NCBI GenBank assembly: GCA_965221115.1
Contig: CBDCRU010000002.1
Location: forward strand, 628,172-692,171
Length of the DNA stretch: 64,000 nucleotides
Reading direction: 5' to 3'
DNA from: Alphaproteobacteria bacterium
Lineage (GTDB): Bacteria > Pseudomonadota > Alphaproteobacteria > SP197
The notes beneath the pieces were generated by a model, which was given only the letters and a program-made list of their open reading frames with translations, searched no databases and was not told the DNA's origin. This document shows, one piece after another, positions 7,641 through 19,623 of this stretch. Both the position numbers and the translations under genes were made by a program. Position 1 is the stretch's first letter; the number at the start of each line of letters is the position of its first letter.

Positions 7641-8697
7641 TGATCGCGCGCGGGGCCTGATGGTCGGACTGGCTGTCGGCAATCTCCTGGGGATCACGAC
7701 TGAAGGGTGGCAAGCCAGGGCGATCGCCGAGGCCTTTCCCCGGGGCATGGAGGACATCGTGGCACGATCCGGGTATCCCGACGACGACGACCTGGCGCAG
7801 GCCATCATCATTGCCGAAGCAGCAACGGGCGGAGACGGTCTCGACATCGATGACCTTGGCCGGCGCTTCTGGCGCTGGGCGGAAGTGAACGGTGCGGGAA
7901 TGGGCGGACTGACCGGAGCCGTGCTGTCGCTCTACGGCGGCGACTATCCACAACGGCTCGCCCGCGGGCGCTGGAACGGCGAGCCCCGCGAACCAGCAGG
8001 CATGCCGATCATCGAGGCGTCGCGGGAGGGGTGGAAAGGTGGTCGCGCCGGGAACGGAGCACTCATGCGTACGTCACCCTTGTCGATCCTCTGGCGCGAT
8101 GACAGGGACCGGCTGGTGTGCGAGAGCGTGGTCTCGGCCGTGCCGACACACTGGGACGTGCGGTGCGGCTGGTCGTGCGCGATCGCAAATCTCGTCACGG
8201 CCGCGGCTCTCAATGGCACCTCCCTGGGTCCGGACATGCTGATGAGGGAAGCCGAGGCAGGCATGGCGGCGTCTTTGCCGAGGCTTGGGGCCTTTGGCTA
8301 TGATGTGCGGGCGCCGTACAGTGTGGTGAAGGCGGTTGACGAGGCGTCGGTCTCGACGCTGGATGACCTGAGCTTCGATGGCCACGACATGGGGTACACG
8401 TTGCTGTCGCTCCAGGCGGCGCTGATTTCCCATTGGCGGGCGGAGGACTTCGAACAGGGTCTGCGCCAGGTGATCGAGGCGGGCGGTGATACCGACACCA
8501 ACGGCGCCATTGCCGGTGCTGTGCTGGGCGCCCGCTTCGGCCTCGAGGGCATTCCCGAACGCTGGCGTCGACGGGAGGCCGAGTTAAGGGCCGGGCGCAT
8601 CCGGATGGAGGACTGCGCCGACCGGTTGATGGCCGGCGCTCGGAAAAGGGCGTCAGCTAGAACTGGCCCCCTTCTCCACCCTGACCCGTTGGTTTGA
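7633..8697 (+). CDS. ADP-ribosylglycohydrolase (ARH/DraG family)
   Basis: GLAVGNLLG near the N-terminus, GNGALMR, and GGDTDTNGAIAGAVLGARFG near the C-terminus are ARH-family signatures. Start is set at ATG 7633, overlapping the upstream stop by 8 nt; the six-frame ORF begins at 7594. Confidence 0.8.
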   Translation: MVDDRARGLMVGLAVGNLLGITTEGWQARAIAEAFPRGMEDIVARSGYPDDDDLAQAIIIAEAATGGDGLDIDDLGRRFWRWAEVNGAGMGGLTGAVLSLYGGDYPQRLARGRWNGEPREPAGMPIIEASREGWKGGRAGNGALMRTSPLSILWRDDRDRLVCESVVSAVPTHWDVRCGWSCAIANLVTAAALNGTSLGPDMLMREAEAGMAASLPRLGAFGYDVRAPYSVVKAVDEASVSTLDDLSFDGHDMGYTLLSLQAALISHWRAEDFEQGLRQVIEAGGDTDTNGAIAGAVLGARFGLEGIPERWRRREAELRAGRIRMEDCADRLMAGARKRASARTGPLLHPDPLV

Positions 8698-8724
8698 TCA
8701 CGAGGCGGTCCCGAACCGGGTGTG

Positions 8725-9225
8725 CTATCGCTGCCAGGTGCACTCCGCCCAGGTGACGTAAAGCGTCTCAGTCAGATAGTCGATGTCGTAGGAGCATGAT
8801 CCGGTGATACCTTCATAACTGCCGGCGCCCCCCACCAACGTCAGCTGTCCCGCGCCGCCTTCTTCGGCGGCACCATCCACACGTCTCTTGGCAATCGAGA
8901 ACAGCATGTCGCCCGCGGGATTCGCGGAGGTACAGGCCCCATCGAGTTCGGTGTTGGTGGCCGAACTCTTTCCGGACACGATGCACGACGTCCGCATGGA
9001 TCGTCCCTTGACGAAGGGCCCGCCGCTGCTATCGGCAATGGTACTGGTGCCCTCGGAGATGCCGCCGAAGATCGTCCCGTCCACATGGGGGATCGTGGCG
9101 TATTGGCTGGTCAGGCTCGTCGTGAGGGCGAAACTGCCGGTTTCCTCGGCGGCCGAGCCCTGGCCAACCTGCAGAAGTCCGGCGGCGACGGCCAGTCCCA
9201 GTGCATGTCTTCTGCCGAATGTCAT
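8725..9225 (-). CDS. Small secreted hypothetical protein (signal peptide, Cys-containing)
   Basis: 166 aa; N-terminal MTFGRRHALGLAVAAGLLQVGQGSAAEE signal-like segment. Confidence 0.45.
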   Translation of the reverse strand: MTFGRRHALGLAVAAGLLQVGQGSAAEETGSFALTTSLTSQYATIPHVDGTIFGGISEGTSTIADSSGGPFVKGRSMRTSCIVSGKSSATNTELDGACTSANPAGDMLFSIAKRRVDGAAEEGGAGQLTLVGGAGSYEGITGSCSYDIDYLTETLYVTWAECTWQR

Positions 9226-9551
9226 GGCGTTCTTCCTCGTCCTTTCAAGATGGCAAACACCGACGCTACGGTGTCAAGAAAGAACGGGGTGAACAACACG
9301 AATCTCGACGTTGCCACCTGACCCGTCATGTGTACCTGTGTGCGGCACACTTGCTGATCGTCGTCAGTCAGCGACGATTTGAACTCTCCGGGACGGGCTA
9401 CAATCGGCCTGGCGATACAGTTTGCGGACTTTGTGCGAGGCGAGGGACGAGGCAACAGCGTCACCATGGTTGTGACCCCGGCGCCTGCCAGTCATTCTCT
9501 TCGCGGATCTCGCCGGATCCGCATGGCTTCATCAGGGAAAGGGGGTGCGAA

Positions 9552-10385
9552 TTGTCACCGTACAGGAAGCCCGTGCAGTGGGAGGACCCGCGCAACAAGC
9601 TCTATCCCCACCAGGTCGTCTTCACCTGTCCGCCCAGGGACTTTTGCGGAGGGCCGACGGACTTCGTGCGCATGGCGCCCGACACGGTCGGGGTCCATGG
9701 CCGCATGCTGCACATACCCGACTACGAACACCGTCTCGACCAGCGCCTGCAGAACTTCGCGCTGCTCGAGGAGGTGGTCGAGTGCGCGGCGAACGCCGGT
9801 GCGGACGTCTGCGCCCAGGTCGGCTCGAACTGGGTCCATGCCTCGAACCTCGGGGTCGAGGGTATCCGCCGTTACATCGAGCGGCTGAGCGAGACTTATG
9901 CGACCGCGTTCCACATGGCGGGCTACGCCATGGTCGAAGCACTGCGCGCGGCCAACGTCGAGAAGGTGGCTCTCAATGCCGTCTACCACTGGCCGGACTG
10001 GTGGCAGGGGACCGTGGGCTTTCTGCGCGAGGCAGGCTTCGACGTCGTGTGGGCCGGCAATTTCGTCGACCAGGGCTGGTTCGCCAGCCAGGAAGAGCTC
10101 AATGGCCAGGTGTTCTGCTTCGACGAGGAACTGGCGGCACGATCCATGGCTTACGTTGCCGACAAGGCACCCCACGCCGACGCCTATCTCGCCAACGGCA
10201 CGGCCCACTTCCGACGTGTGTCAGATGGCGTGACCCGGCGATTCTGCGGGCTGGCGCCCGAACTCGAGGCCATGCTCGGCAAGCCCGTGATCACGCACGA
10301 CATCGCCCTCTACTGGCGCGTCTTCAAGACACTCGGCATGGCTCCCGTGACAAGGCAGGGCAGCCTGCTCGCCTCCCTGCAGTGA
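9552..10385 (+). CDS. Asp/Glu racemase superfamily protein (arylmalonate decarboxylase / maleate isomerase-like)
   Basis: C-terminal LGKPVITHDIALYWRVFKTLG and ANAGADVCAQVGSN resemble this family. Start is uncertain (TTG 9552 after aaggggg, GTG 9573, or ATG 9672); the long upstream ORF from 9201 is probably not coding. Confidence 0.5.
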   Translation: MSPYRKPVQWEDPRNKLYPHQVVFTCPPRDFCGGPTDFVRMAPDTVGVHGRMLHIPDYEHRLDQRLQNFALLEEVVECAANAGADVCAQVGSNWVHASNLGVEGIRRYIERLSETYATAFHMAGYAMVEALRAANVEKVALNAVYHWPDWWQGTVGFLREAGFDVVWAGNFVDQGWFASQEELNGQVFCFDEELAARSMAYVADKAPHADAYLANGTAHFRRVSDGVTRRFCGLAPELEAMLGKPVITHDIALYWRVFKTLGMAPVTRQGSLLASLQ

Positions 10386-10608
10386 ACGTCGCAGGCAGGC
10401 GGCGCCCCGCCAGGTCAGTCCGGGTCCGGAGTCGTTGGAGGCCCTTGCCAGGCACCACGTCACGGGTCTTCGTGGAAGACCACCTCTGCCGGCAGGACTG
10501 TCACGCTGGAAGGCAACACGGCCTGGTACGTGACGTCTTCGACTCTCCACGACGCCGTTGTCGTAGGCGGGTACTCGAGATCGACGAGGCCACTTTCGGC
10601 GAGCAGCG

Positions 10609-12600
10609 TTACAGGGTCATGGCGAGGGTGCGGGCCTCGAAGATGGCCATGGAAGCCGTGCGTGCGGCGACAGCATCGCCAAGATTGTGAATCTGGAGAT
10701 CGTCGTCGGCGAGTTCGCGGCGCAGGCTGTCTTCCACCGTGTTGGTGGTGGCGAGAACAAGGCTGTCGAAGTCGCGTTCCTCGGTGTCTCCGGTGTAGAG
10801 GTTCATGAGTGTCGCGGTGTTGCCTTTCCATGCGCTCAAGGCATGACCACAGATGACCTCGACGCCAAGCTTCCAGAAGCGCTCGCGGGTGGTGTCGCCG
10901 GTCCGCGAGAAGTCGAGTTGCTCGGCGGGTTTCTCGGCCGCAGTCACCACGGTCACCATGTGACGCGCCAGGGCGAGGTGCAGAGCCGTTCCGGAGGCCG
11001 GCCACCAGCCGTTGATGTCATCGAGAAGGAGAACATTGGTGCCCGGAACCGCCTTGCCCTCAAGAATGTCGTGGGCTGTCATGACATTGTCCTGTTCGAC
11101 CCCTTCCAGGCGTTCGACATGCGGAAAGGCGCGCTGGAATCCTGTTCGCGTGGGGACCGATCCCGTTGCAAGGATCACGTCGTCCGCCCCGAAGGCACGA
11201 ATGTCGTCGGCCGACATGTCGGTGTTGAGAATGACGCGCACCTGGAGCTTTTCCAGCTGTTGGCTGCACCAGGTCAGGAACTCGCCAACCTCTCCCCTTT
11301 CAGGTTGTCCCGCTGCAAGGCGGAACTGGCCGCCGAGTTCGGCGTCCTTCTCGACAAGTGTGACGCGATGACCACGCATCGCCGCCACCCTCGCCGTCTC
11401 GAGACCGGCGGGACCGCCCCCGACGATAAGGATGTGGCGAGGGCTGGACGTCTGTGGTGCGCTGTCGCCATCCCACAGCGTTTCTCGTCCCACCGAGGGA
11501 TTGACGAGACAGGAGATCCAGTAGTCGCGCAATCGCCGGCCTAGGCACAGCTGGTTGCACGAGATGCACGGACGGATGTCGTCGGCCCGTCCGCCGGCGG
11601 CCTTGTTGGCGAGGTGGGGATCGGCAATCTGGCCGCGGACAATCGAGACCAGATCGCATTTGCCGGCGGCGAGCGCTTCCTCGGCGCGCTGTGGCGTCTT
11701 CACGCGCGCCTCTGCGGTGACGAGGGCGTGCTTCACCACGCTTCTGATCTCGCCGGCCTCATCCGGGCCAAGGGGGGTGTCGAAGTGAAAGCTCGGGACG
11801 ATCTTCGAGAACTGGTTGAGATAGCTTCCTGCCCCGCAGGACAGGTAGTCGCACAGACCCCTCTCATCGAGCCATGCGAAGATCTCCTGCTTGTCGGCCA
11901 TGGTCAGACCGCCCGGGTAGGGCTCGCCACCCGAAACGGTCATGCCGACGATGAAGTCCTCTCCGCAGGTCCGTCGGATGCCCTCGACGATGCGTGTCAC
12001 GAAACGCAGGCGGTTCTCGAGGCTGCCGCCCCAGCGATCTTTGCGGCGGTTGGTGAGAGGCGACCAGAACTGGTCGATCAGGCAGGAGTAGCCGGCGAAG
12101 AGGTCGACACCATCAAAGCCGCCGGCCTGGTCGCGTTCTGCCTGCCGGATGAAGGCGTCGACAAGTTCCTCGATCTCGTGGTCCGTCATCACGTGGCTGC
12201 CCCAGGGATCGTGGTGACTCACCTGGCCCGAGGGAGACCAGTAGGCGGTCCAGGAATTGTCCTGATCGCCGTGGGCGCCGGTATGGTAGATCTGGTGACA
12301 CATGACGGTGCCGTGTTCGTGGCAGGCATCGGTGACCTTGCGGAAATGCGGAATGACCACGTCTTCGGCGAGAAAGTTGCCCCGGGTGAGGATGGCCGTC
12401 GGGTGCGGTGGCGACGGTTCGACAACGATCATCGCTGCCCCGCCCCGGGCGCGCTCCCGGTAGTATCCGAAGTGCCTGTCGAGTGGCAGGCCACCTTCCG
12501 ACATATTGGCGGTATGCGCTCCGAAAACGATACGGTTCTTCAGTTCGTGCCCGCGCAGCGTCACCGGGCGGAACACATGGGGAAACGGTGTCTCGGTCAT
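10609..12600 (-). CDS. FMN/FAD flavoprotein of the old-yellow-enzyme / trimethylamine dehydrogenase family with [4Fe-4S] motif (DgcA/StcD-like amine demethylase or 2,4-dienoyl reductase type)
   Basis: 663 aa; OYE N-terminus RIVFGAHTANM; C-x2-C-x3-C-x11-C (CISCNQLC...C) cluster motif; C-terminal GGGPAG dinucleotide-binding domain. Confidence 0.85.
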   Translation of the reverse strand: MTETPFPHVFRPVTLRGHELKNRIVFGAHTANMSEGGLPLDRHFGYYRERARGGAAMIVVEPSPPHPTAILTRGNFLAEDVVIPHFRKVTDACHEHGTVMCHQIYHTGAHGDQDNSWTAYWSPSGQVSHHDPWGSHVMTDHEIEELVDAFIRQAERDQAGGFDGVDLFAGYSCLIDQFWSPLTNRRKDRWGGSLENRLRFVTRIVEGIRRTCGEDFIVGMTVSGGEPYPGGLTMADKQEIFAWLDERGLCDYLSCGAGSYLNQFSKIVPSFHFDTPLGPDEAGEIRSVVKHALVTAEARVKTPQRAEEALAAGKCDLVSIVRGQIADPHLANKAAGGRADDIRPCISCNQLCLGRRLRDYWISCLVNPSVGRETLWDGDSAPQTSSPRHILIVGGGPAGLETARVAAMRGHRVTLVEKDAELGGQFRLAAGQPERGEVGEFLTWCSQQLEKLQVRVILNTDMSADDIRAFGADDVILATGSVPTRTGFQRAFPHVERLEGVEQDNVMTAHDILEGKAVPGTNVLLLDDINGWWPASGTALHLALARHMVTVVTAAEKPAEQLDFSRTGDTTRERFWKLGVEVICGHALSAWKGNTATLMNLYTGDTEERDFDSLVLATTNTVEDSLRRELADDDLQIHNLGDAVAARTASMAIFEARTLAMTL

Positions 12601-12628
12601 GGAAAACCCCTGAATACAATATGTTGTA

Positions 12629-14668
<2,040 letters not shown>

Positions 14669-14735
14669 GTTGCGTTCACCGGTTCGGGAACCCTACCCTG
14701 ACGGTTGTATTCGACATACTCAACCGGTATCCGCC

Positions 14736-14975
14736 ATGAAAGTGACGATCAAGATCGACTGTACTCCGGAAGAAGCCCGCGCCTTTCTGGGCATGCCCGA
14801 CATCCGTCCACTGCAGGACGAGATCATGGCCGGCCTGAAGGAACGCATGGACGAAGCCATGTCCCGGTTTGATCCCGAAGCGATGCTGAAGGAATGGACC
14901 GGGGCATCGGGTGACGGCATGAACCAGATGATGGAGATGTGGCGTCACATGCTGAACCCGGCAAAGCGCGACTGA
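14736..14975 (+). CDS. Small hypothetical protein (79 aa)
   Basis: MKVTIKIDCTPEEARAFLG...; protein-like composition, no family recognised. Confidence 0.4.
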   Translation: MKVTIKIDCTPEEARAFLGMPDIRPLQDEIMAGLKERMDEAMSRFDPEAMLKEWTGASGDGMNQMMEMWRHMLNPAKRD

Positions 14976-14981
14976 CTCCCG

Positions 14982-14997
14982 TGTTTCACGTGAAACA
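14982..14997. other. parS: parS centromere-like site (perfect consensus TGTTTCACGTGAAACA)
   Basis: Exact 16-bp palindrome identical to the canonical ParB-binding parS consensus; intergenic, 1 nt before the mnmE start. Confidence 0.85.
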
Positions 14998-16305
14998 TTG
15001 ACAGTTTTCGCGCTTGCTACGGCGCCCGGCCGGGCTGCCATCGCCGTGATCCGGGTCTCCGGCCCGGCTGCCGGAGAGTCAGTGAAACAACTCACCGGCA
15101 AGGATCTGCCTGCCGCCCGGCTGGCTGTGCTGCGCCGCCTTCAGAACGGCCGGTCGGGAGAGTTGATCGATCAGGCCCTGATTTTGTGGTTTCCGGGACC
15201 TGCCACCGTCACGGGAGAGGATGTGGCGGAGTTCCACGTCCACGGCGGTCGCGCGGTGGTGCACGGTGTTCTCGACGCCCTTGCGTCCGTGCCCGGTGTG
15301 CGGCCCGCGGAACCGGGGGAATTCACCAGGCGGGCCGTGCTGAATGGCAAGATGGACCTTGTGGAAGCGGAAGCAGTGGCGGATCTTGTGGCCGCGGACA
15401 CGTCACGCCAGCGCCACCAGGCTCTCGGTCAGCTCCAGGGGCTGCATTCGGCCCTCTATGACGGGTGGCGTCAGCGCCTTGTCGACGCCATGGCCCGTCT
15501 CGAGGCCGTGATCGACTTTCCCGACGAGGAATTGCCGGCCGGCCTCCTTGGCGAGAACACAGCGGTCGTCACGGCTCTCGAAGAGGAAGTGCGTGCCCAT
15601 CTTGATGACGGACGCCGCGGCGAACGGCTGCGCGAGGGCTTGAGTGTCGTCATTCTCGGGGCGCCCAATGTCGGCAAGTCGAGTCTTCTCAACGCCCTTG
15701 CCGGAAACGAAGCAGCCATTGTCTCGGCGGAGGAGGGGACGACCCGGGATACTGTCGAGGTCACCATGGACATTGCCGGCTTCGCCGTCTCCCTTGTCGA
15801 CACCGCTGGGTTGCGTGAGGTGCCGCAAGGTGTTGAAGAAGAAGGGATTCGCCGGGCGTTGACGAGAGCGGAGGCGGCTGATCTGACGCTGCTCGTTGCC
15901 GATGCCAGCCGTTGGGACGAAACCTGGCGCCGCGTCGAATCCCATTGCAGCGAGAATGCAATTGTCGTGGCCGGAAAGGCCGACCTCGCCCGTCCTCCCC
16001 CGGGAGTCTCCGGCCTTTCCGCGAAGACCGGAGAGGGGATTGACCATCTGATCGATGCCATGGCGCAGCACTTTCGGCGGGCCTGGCAGGGAGCGGGACT
16101 GTCTCCATCGCGGAACCGGCACAGGGCCGCACTTCTCCAGGTTGCGGACGCCCTTGCACGCTACGGGCATCCTGAAGCGGGCGACATCACGCTGGCTGCC
16201 GAGGATTTGCGCCTTGCGGCCACGGCGCTGGGGAGGCTCACGGGCAGGGTGGATGTCGAGGACCTTCTCGACGTGATCTTCTCGGAGTTCTGTATCGGAA
16301 AGTGA
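14998..16305 (+). CDS. mnmE: tRNA modification GTPase MnmE (TrmE)
   Basis: G-domain GAPNVGKSSLLNAL, C-terminal CIGK; TTG start. Confidence 0.95.
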   Translation: MTVFALATAPGRAAIAVIRVSGPAAGESVKQLTGKDLPAARLAVLRRLQNGRSGELIDQALILWFPGPATVTGEDVAEFHVHGGRAVVHGVLDALASVPGVRPAEPGEFTRRAVLNGKMDLVEAEAVADLVAADTSRQRHQALGQLQGLHSALYDGWRQRLVDAMARLEAVIDFPDEELPAGLLGENTAVVTALEEEVRAHLDDGRRGERLREGLSVVILGAPNVGKSSLLNALAGNEAAIVSAEEGTTRDTVEVTMDIAGFAVSLVDTAGLREVPQGVEEEGIRRALTRAEAADLTLLVADASRWDETWRRVESHCSENAIVVAGKADLARPPPGVSGLSAKTGEGIDHLIDAMAQHFRRAWQGAGLSPSRNRHRAALLQVADALARYGHPEAGDITLAAEDLRLAATALGRLTGRVDVEDLLDVIFSEFCIGK

Positions 16306-16306
16306 G

Positions 16307-16322
16307 TGTTTCACGTGAAACA
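16307..16322. other. parS: parS centromere-like site (second perfect copy)
   Basis: TGTTTCACGTGAAACA again, between the mnmE stop and the mnmG start. Confidence 0.85.
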
Positions 16323-16362
16323 ACGCTTTGACCCGCCGGTGCGCCGACACTACATTCCAGAC

Positions 16363-18225
16363 ATGACGCACGATTTTTCCCATGATGTCATCGTCATCGG
16401 TGGCGGACATGCCGGCACCGAGGCGGCTGCGGCTGCGGCGCGGTGTGGCGCAGCGACGCTTCTTGTGACCCTGCGCCGTGAGACCATTGGCGCCATGTCG
16501 TGCAATCCCGCCATCGGCGGCCTCGGCAAGGGGCACCTGGTGCGTGAGATTGACGCCCTGGACGGAGTCATGGGACTGGCCATCGATCGCTCCGGCATCC
16601 AGTTCCGTCTTCTCAATGCCAGCAAGGGCCCCGCCGTCCGGGGCCCCAGAGCCCAGGCCGACCGGTCGCTCTATGCCCAGGCAGTCAGAAATATTATTCA
16701 AGAACAACAAGAACTTGACGTTCTCGAAGGTGAGGTGTCAGACTTGGTTGTAGACACGGACGGAGGGATTGCCGGCGTCAGGCTCGCCGACGGCAGGGTC
16801 TGTCGTGGTCGTGCCGTGATTCTCACCACCGGAACCTTCCTGCGCGGGATGATTCACGTCGGTGACGAGCGCTGGCCGGCGGGACGGATCGATGAGGACG
16901 CCACCGTGGCGCTTGCCGCGACGCTCGAGCGGCACCGCTTTTCCCTTGGACGATTGAAAACGGGGACGCCGCCGCGGGTTGACGCAAGGACCATCGACCA
17001 TGCCGCCCTGGAGGTCCAACCCGGAGACGATCCTCCGCAACCGTTCTCGTGGCTGACGGACGCCATCACCGTGCCGCAGGTTCCCTGTCATGTGACGGCG
17101 ACCACGAAGGCCACGCACGACGTCATTCGCGCCAACCTTGACCGTGCGCCTGTCTATTCCGGCCGTATCGACGGTACCGGTCCCCGTTACTGCCCGTCCA
17201 TCGAGGACAAGGTGGTGCGGTTCGGCGACCGGGAAAGCCACCGGATCTTTCTGGAGCCCGAGGGCCTCCAGACCACGACGGTCTACCCGAACGGCATTTC
17301 CACGTCGTTGCCGCGCGATGTCCAGGAGGCCTTCGTCGCCACGATACCGGGTCTGACGGGAGCGCGCATCCTGCGTCACGGCTATGCCATCGAGTATGAC
17401 TACGTCGACCCGCGCCAGCTCGATCACACGTTGCAGGCACCGCGGATTGCGGGTCTGTTCCTGGCGGGCCAGATCAACGGCACCACCGGATACGAGGAGG
17501 CGGCGGGCCAGGGACTGGTCGCCGGAATCAACGCGGCGCGCTTCGCTGGAGGTCTTCCCGGCGTACGGTTTGACCGGGCAGAAGCCTATCTCGGCGTCAT
17601 GATCGATGATCTCGTCACGAGAGGGACCACCGAGCCCTACCGCATGTTCACGAGCCGGGCGGAGTACCGTCTCGTTCTGAGGGCCGACAATGCCGACCTG
17701 CGTCTCACGGCGAAGGGCCGCGAGGCCGGGTGTGTCGGCGAGGCCCGATGGCGCGCCTTCTTGCGACGCCGCAACGAGGTCGGGGCGGCCATGATGCGGG
17801 CGTCGGAACTGCGGGTCAGTCCGGACGAAGCGTGCGCGGCAGGGTTCGACGTCAATCGGGACGGTCGTCGGCGAAACCTGTTCGACCTCGCGGCTTCGTC
17901 AGGCGAGGGCGATCAACGGCTGCTGGCCCTGTGGCCGGAGATAGCGTTCTGGCCGGATCATGCCATGGACCAGGTGAGAATTGCCGGTCGCTACCAGGGT
18001 TACCTGGGTCGCATGGAAGCGGACATTGCCGCCTTTCGCCGTGACGAGGCCCTCACGCTTCCTGCCGGCCTCGATTACGCTCGAATTGGCGGACTGTCTG
18101 CGGAAATGCGCGAGACGATGTCAGCCACCCGTCCGGCCACGCTTGGACAGGCGGCACGGCTTCCCGGAGTGACACCGGCCGCCCTGCAGGCCCTGCTTCG
18201 CCATGTCAGGCGGAGTGCGGCATGA
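16363..18225 (+). CDS. mnmG: tRNA uridine 5-carboxymethylaminomethyl modification enzyme MnmG (GidA)
   Basis: [18 protein letters not shown]-binding N-terminus; ATG at 16363 chosen over the longer ORF from 16306. Confidence 0.95.
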   Translation: MTHDFSHDVIVIGGGHAGTEAAAAAARCGAATLLVTLRRETIGAMSCNPAIGGLGKGHLVREIDALDGVMGLAIDRSGIQFRLLNASKGPAVRGPRAQADRSLYAQAVRNIIQEQQELDVLEGEVSDLVVDTDGGIAGVRLADGRVCRGRAVILTTGTFLRGMIHVGDERWPAGRIDEDATVALAATLERHRFSLGRLKTGTPPRVDARTIDHAALEVQPGDDPPQPFSWLTDAITVPQVPCHVTATTKATHDVIRANLDRAPVYSGRIDGTGPRYCPSIEDKVVRFGDRESHRIFLEPEGLQTTTVYPNGISTSLPRDVQEAFVATIPGLTGARILRHGYAIEYDYVDPRQLDHTLQAPRIAGLFLAGQINGTTGYEEAAGQGLVAGINAARFAGGLPGVRFDRAEAYLGVMIDDLVTRGTTEPYRMFTSRAEYRLVLRADNADLRLTAKGREAGCVGEARWRAFLRRRNEVGAAMMRASELRVSPDEACAAGFDVNRDGRRRNLFDLAASSGEGDQRLLALWPEIAFWPDHAMDQVRIAGRYQGYLGRMEADIAAFRRDEALTLPAGLDYARIGGLSAEMRETMSATRPATLGQAARLPGVTPAALQALLRHVRRSAA

Positions 18226-18836
18226 TCCGCGACGAGGTGTGCCGGCTGCTTGGCGCATCGCCGGAAACATCCGAGCGCCTCGCCGCCTACGTTGCCGTTC
18301 TCGGGGAATGGCAACCGCGTCTCAAGCTCATCGGCCCCGGTACGGTTGATGAGATATGGGCGCGGCATGTACTCGATTGCGGACAGATCGCCCGCTACGT
18401 TCCGCCGACCTGCCGGCGCCTCGTGGATCTCGGGTCGGGCGCCGGTCTGCCCGGCCTGATTCTTGCCATCATGGGGGTCGCCGGCGTCGAGATGGTGGAG
18501 CGGGATGAGAGCAAGGTGGCGTTTCTTCATGCCGCAGCCAATGTCTGTGATGTCGATGTCGGCATTCACGGCATGCGCATCGAGGATCTTCCACGCGGAC
18601 AGGCTGATGTCGTGACGGCCCGTGCCCTGGCTCCCCTCGATGTTCTCCTGCCCATCACGGCCTCCTTTCTGGGTGAGGGCTCCGTTGCCATTTTCCCCAA
18701 GGGAAGATCCGTGGACGACGAACTGAAGTCCGCCGCCCGTCACTGGCACATGTGGTTCCAGCGCCACCCCAGTCTTTCGGATGCGCGATCCAGCGTTCTG
18801 GTCATCAACAGGATACACCATGACTCTCGACCGTGA
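18222..18836 (+). CDS. rsmG: 16S rRNA (guanine527-N7)-methyltransferase RsmG (GidB)
   Basis: [20 protein letters not shown] motif; start overlaps the mnmG stop (ATGA). Confidence 0.9.
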   Translation: MIRDEVCRLLGASPETSERLAAYVAVLGEWQPRLKLIGPGTVDEIWARHVLDCGQIARYVPPTCRRLVDLGSGAGLPGLILAIMGVAGVEMVERDESKVAFLHAAANVCDVDVGIHGMRIEDLPRGQADVVTARALAPLDVLLPITASFLGEGSVAIFPKGRSVDDELKSAARHWHMWFQRHPSLSDARSSVLVINRIHHDSRP

Positions 18837-19623
18837 CCGCGTTGCACGGCCCCTGGTGGTGGCCGTCGCCAACCAGAAGGGTGGGGTGGGCAAGACGACC
18901 ACCGTCATCAACCTTGCAACCGCCTTTGCCGCCACAGGACACAAGGTCCTCGTCGTCGATGCCGATGCCCAGGGAAATGCCAGCACGGGTCTGGGTGTCG
19001 AGCAGCCGGCCAGAACCGCAACGACATACGACCTGCTGAACGGGGAGCGCGTGACTCCGGCGCCGACCATGATACCGGGCCTCACCATCATTCCGGCGAC
19101 TGCCGATCTTTCCGGTGCAGAGGTTGAACTGGTTGATGTTCCCGACCGCCAGAATGTTCTCGCAAGGGCGTTGTCGGAGGTGGCCGCCGGACATGAATTC
19201 GTGCTTGTCGACTGTCCGCCGTCGCTCAACCTGATGACGATCAACGCCCTGGTTGCCGCCGACGAGGTCCTGGTGCCCATGCAGTGCGAGTTCTTTGCCC
19301 TGGAGGGTCTCTCGCTTCTGCTCGACACCATCGAGAGGGTTTCGGGTACCCATAACCCGGGACTCCACATAGGCGGGATCGTGCTCACGATGTTCGATCG
19401 CCGGAACCGCCTGTCCCGTGAGGTGGAACGGGATGTGCGCCGCGTCATGGGGGATGTCGTCTACCACACGCTCATTCCGCGCAATGTCAGGGTCAGTGAG
19501 GCGCCATCACACGGTATGCCTGTGATTCTATACGATGTTGACTGTGCGGGCGCGCGCGCCTACGTGCGCCTGGCACGTGAATTCCTGCGCCGCCATGCCA
19601 CGCAATCAGAGAGTGCCGCATGA
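18820..19623 (+). CDS. parA: Chromosome partitioning ATPase ParA
   Basis: Deviant Walker A VANQKGGVGKTTT; start chosen at ATG 18820 ([16 protein letters not shown]...). Confidence 0.9.
   Translation: MTLDRDRVARPLVVAVANQKGGVGKTTTVINLATAFAATGHKVLVVDADAQGNASTGLGVEQPARTATTYDLLNGERVTPAPTMIPGLTIIPATADLSGAEVELVDVPDRQNVLARALSEVAAGHEFVLVDCPPSLNLMTINALVAADEVLVPMQCEFFALEGLSLLLDTIERVSGTHNPGLHIGGIVLTMFDRRNRLSREVERDVRRVMGDVVYHTLIPRNVRVSEAPSHGMPVILYDVDCAGARAYVRLAREFLRRHATQSESAA

Noticed and set aside
9201-10690. Long ORFs 9201..10385(+) as annotated from the first start, and 9545..10690(+)
   Set aside because: The 5' 350 nt of the first ORF encodes an Arg/Cys/His-rich non-protein-like sequence; only the distal part matches the Asp/Glu racemase superfamily. 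9545..10690 is an Arg/Gly-rich alternate frame of the same region.
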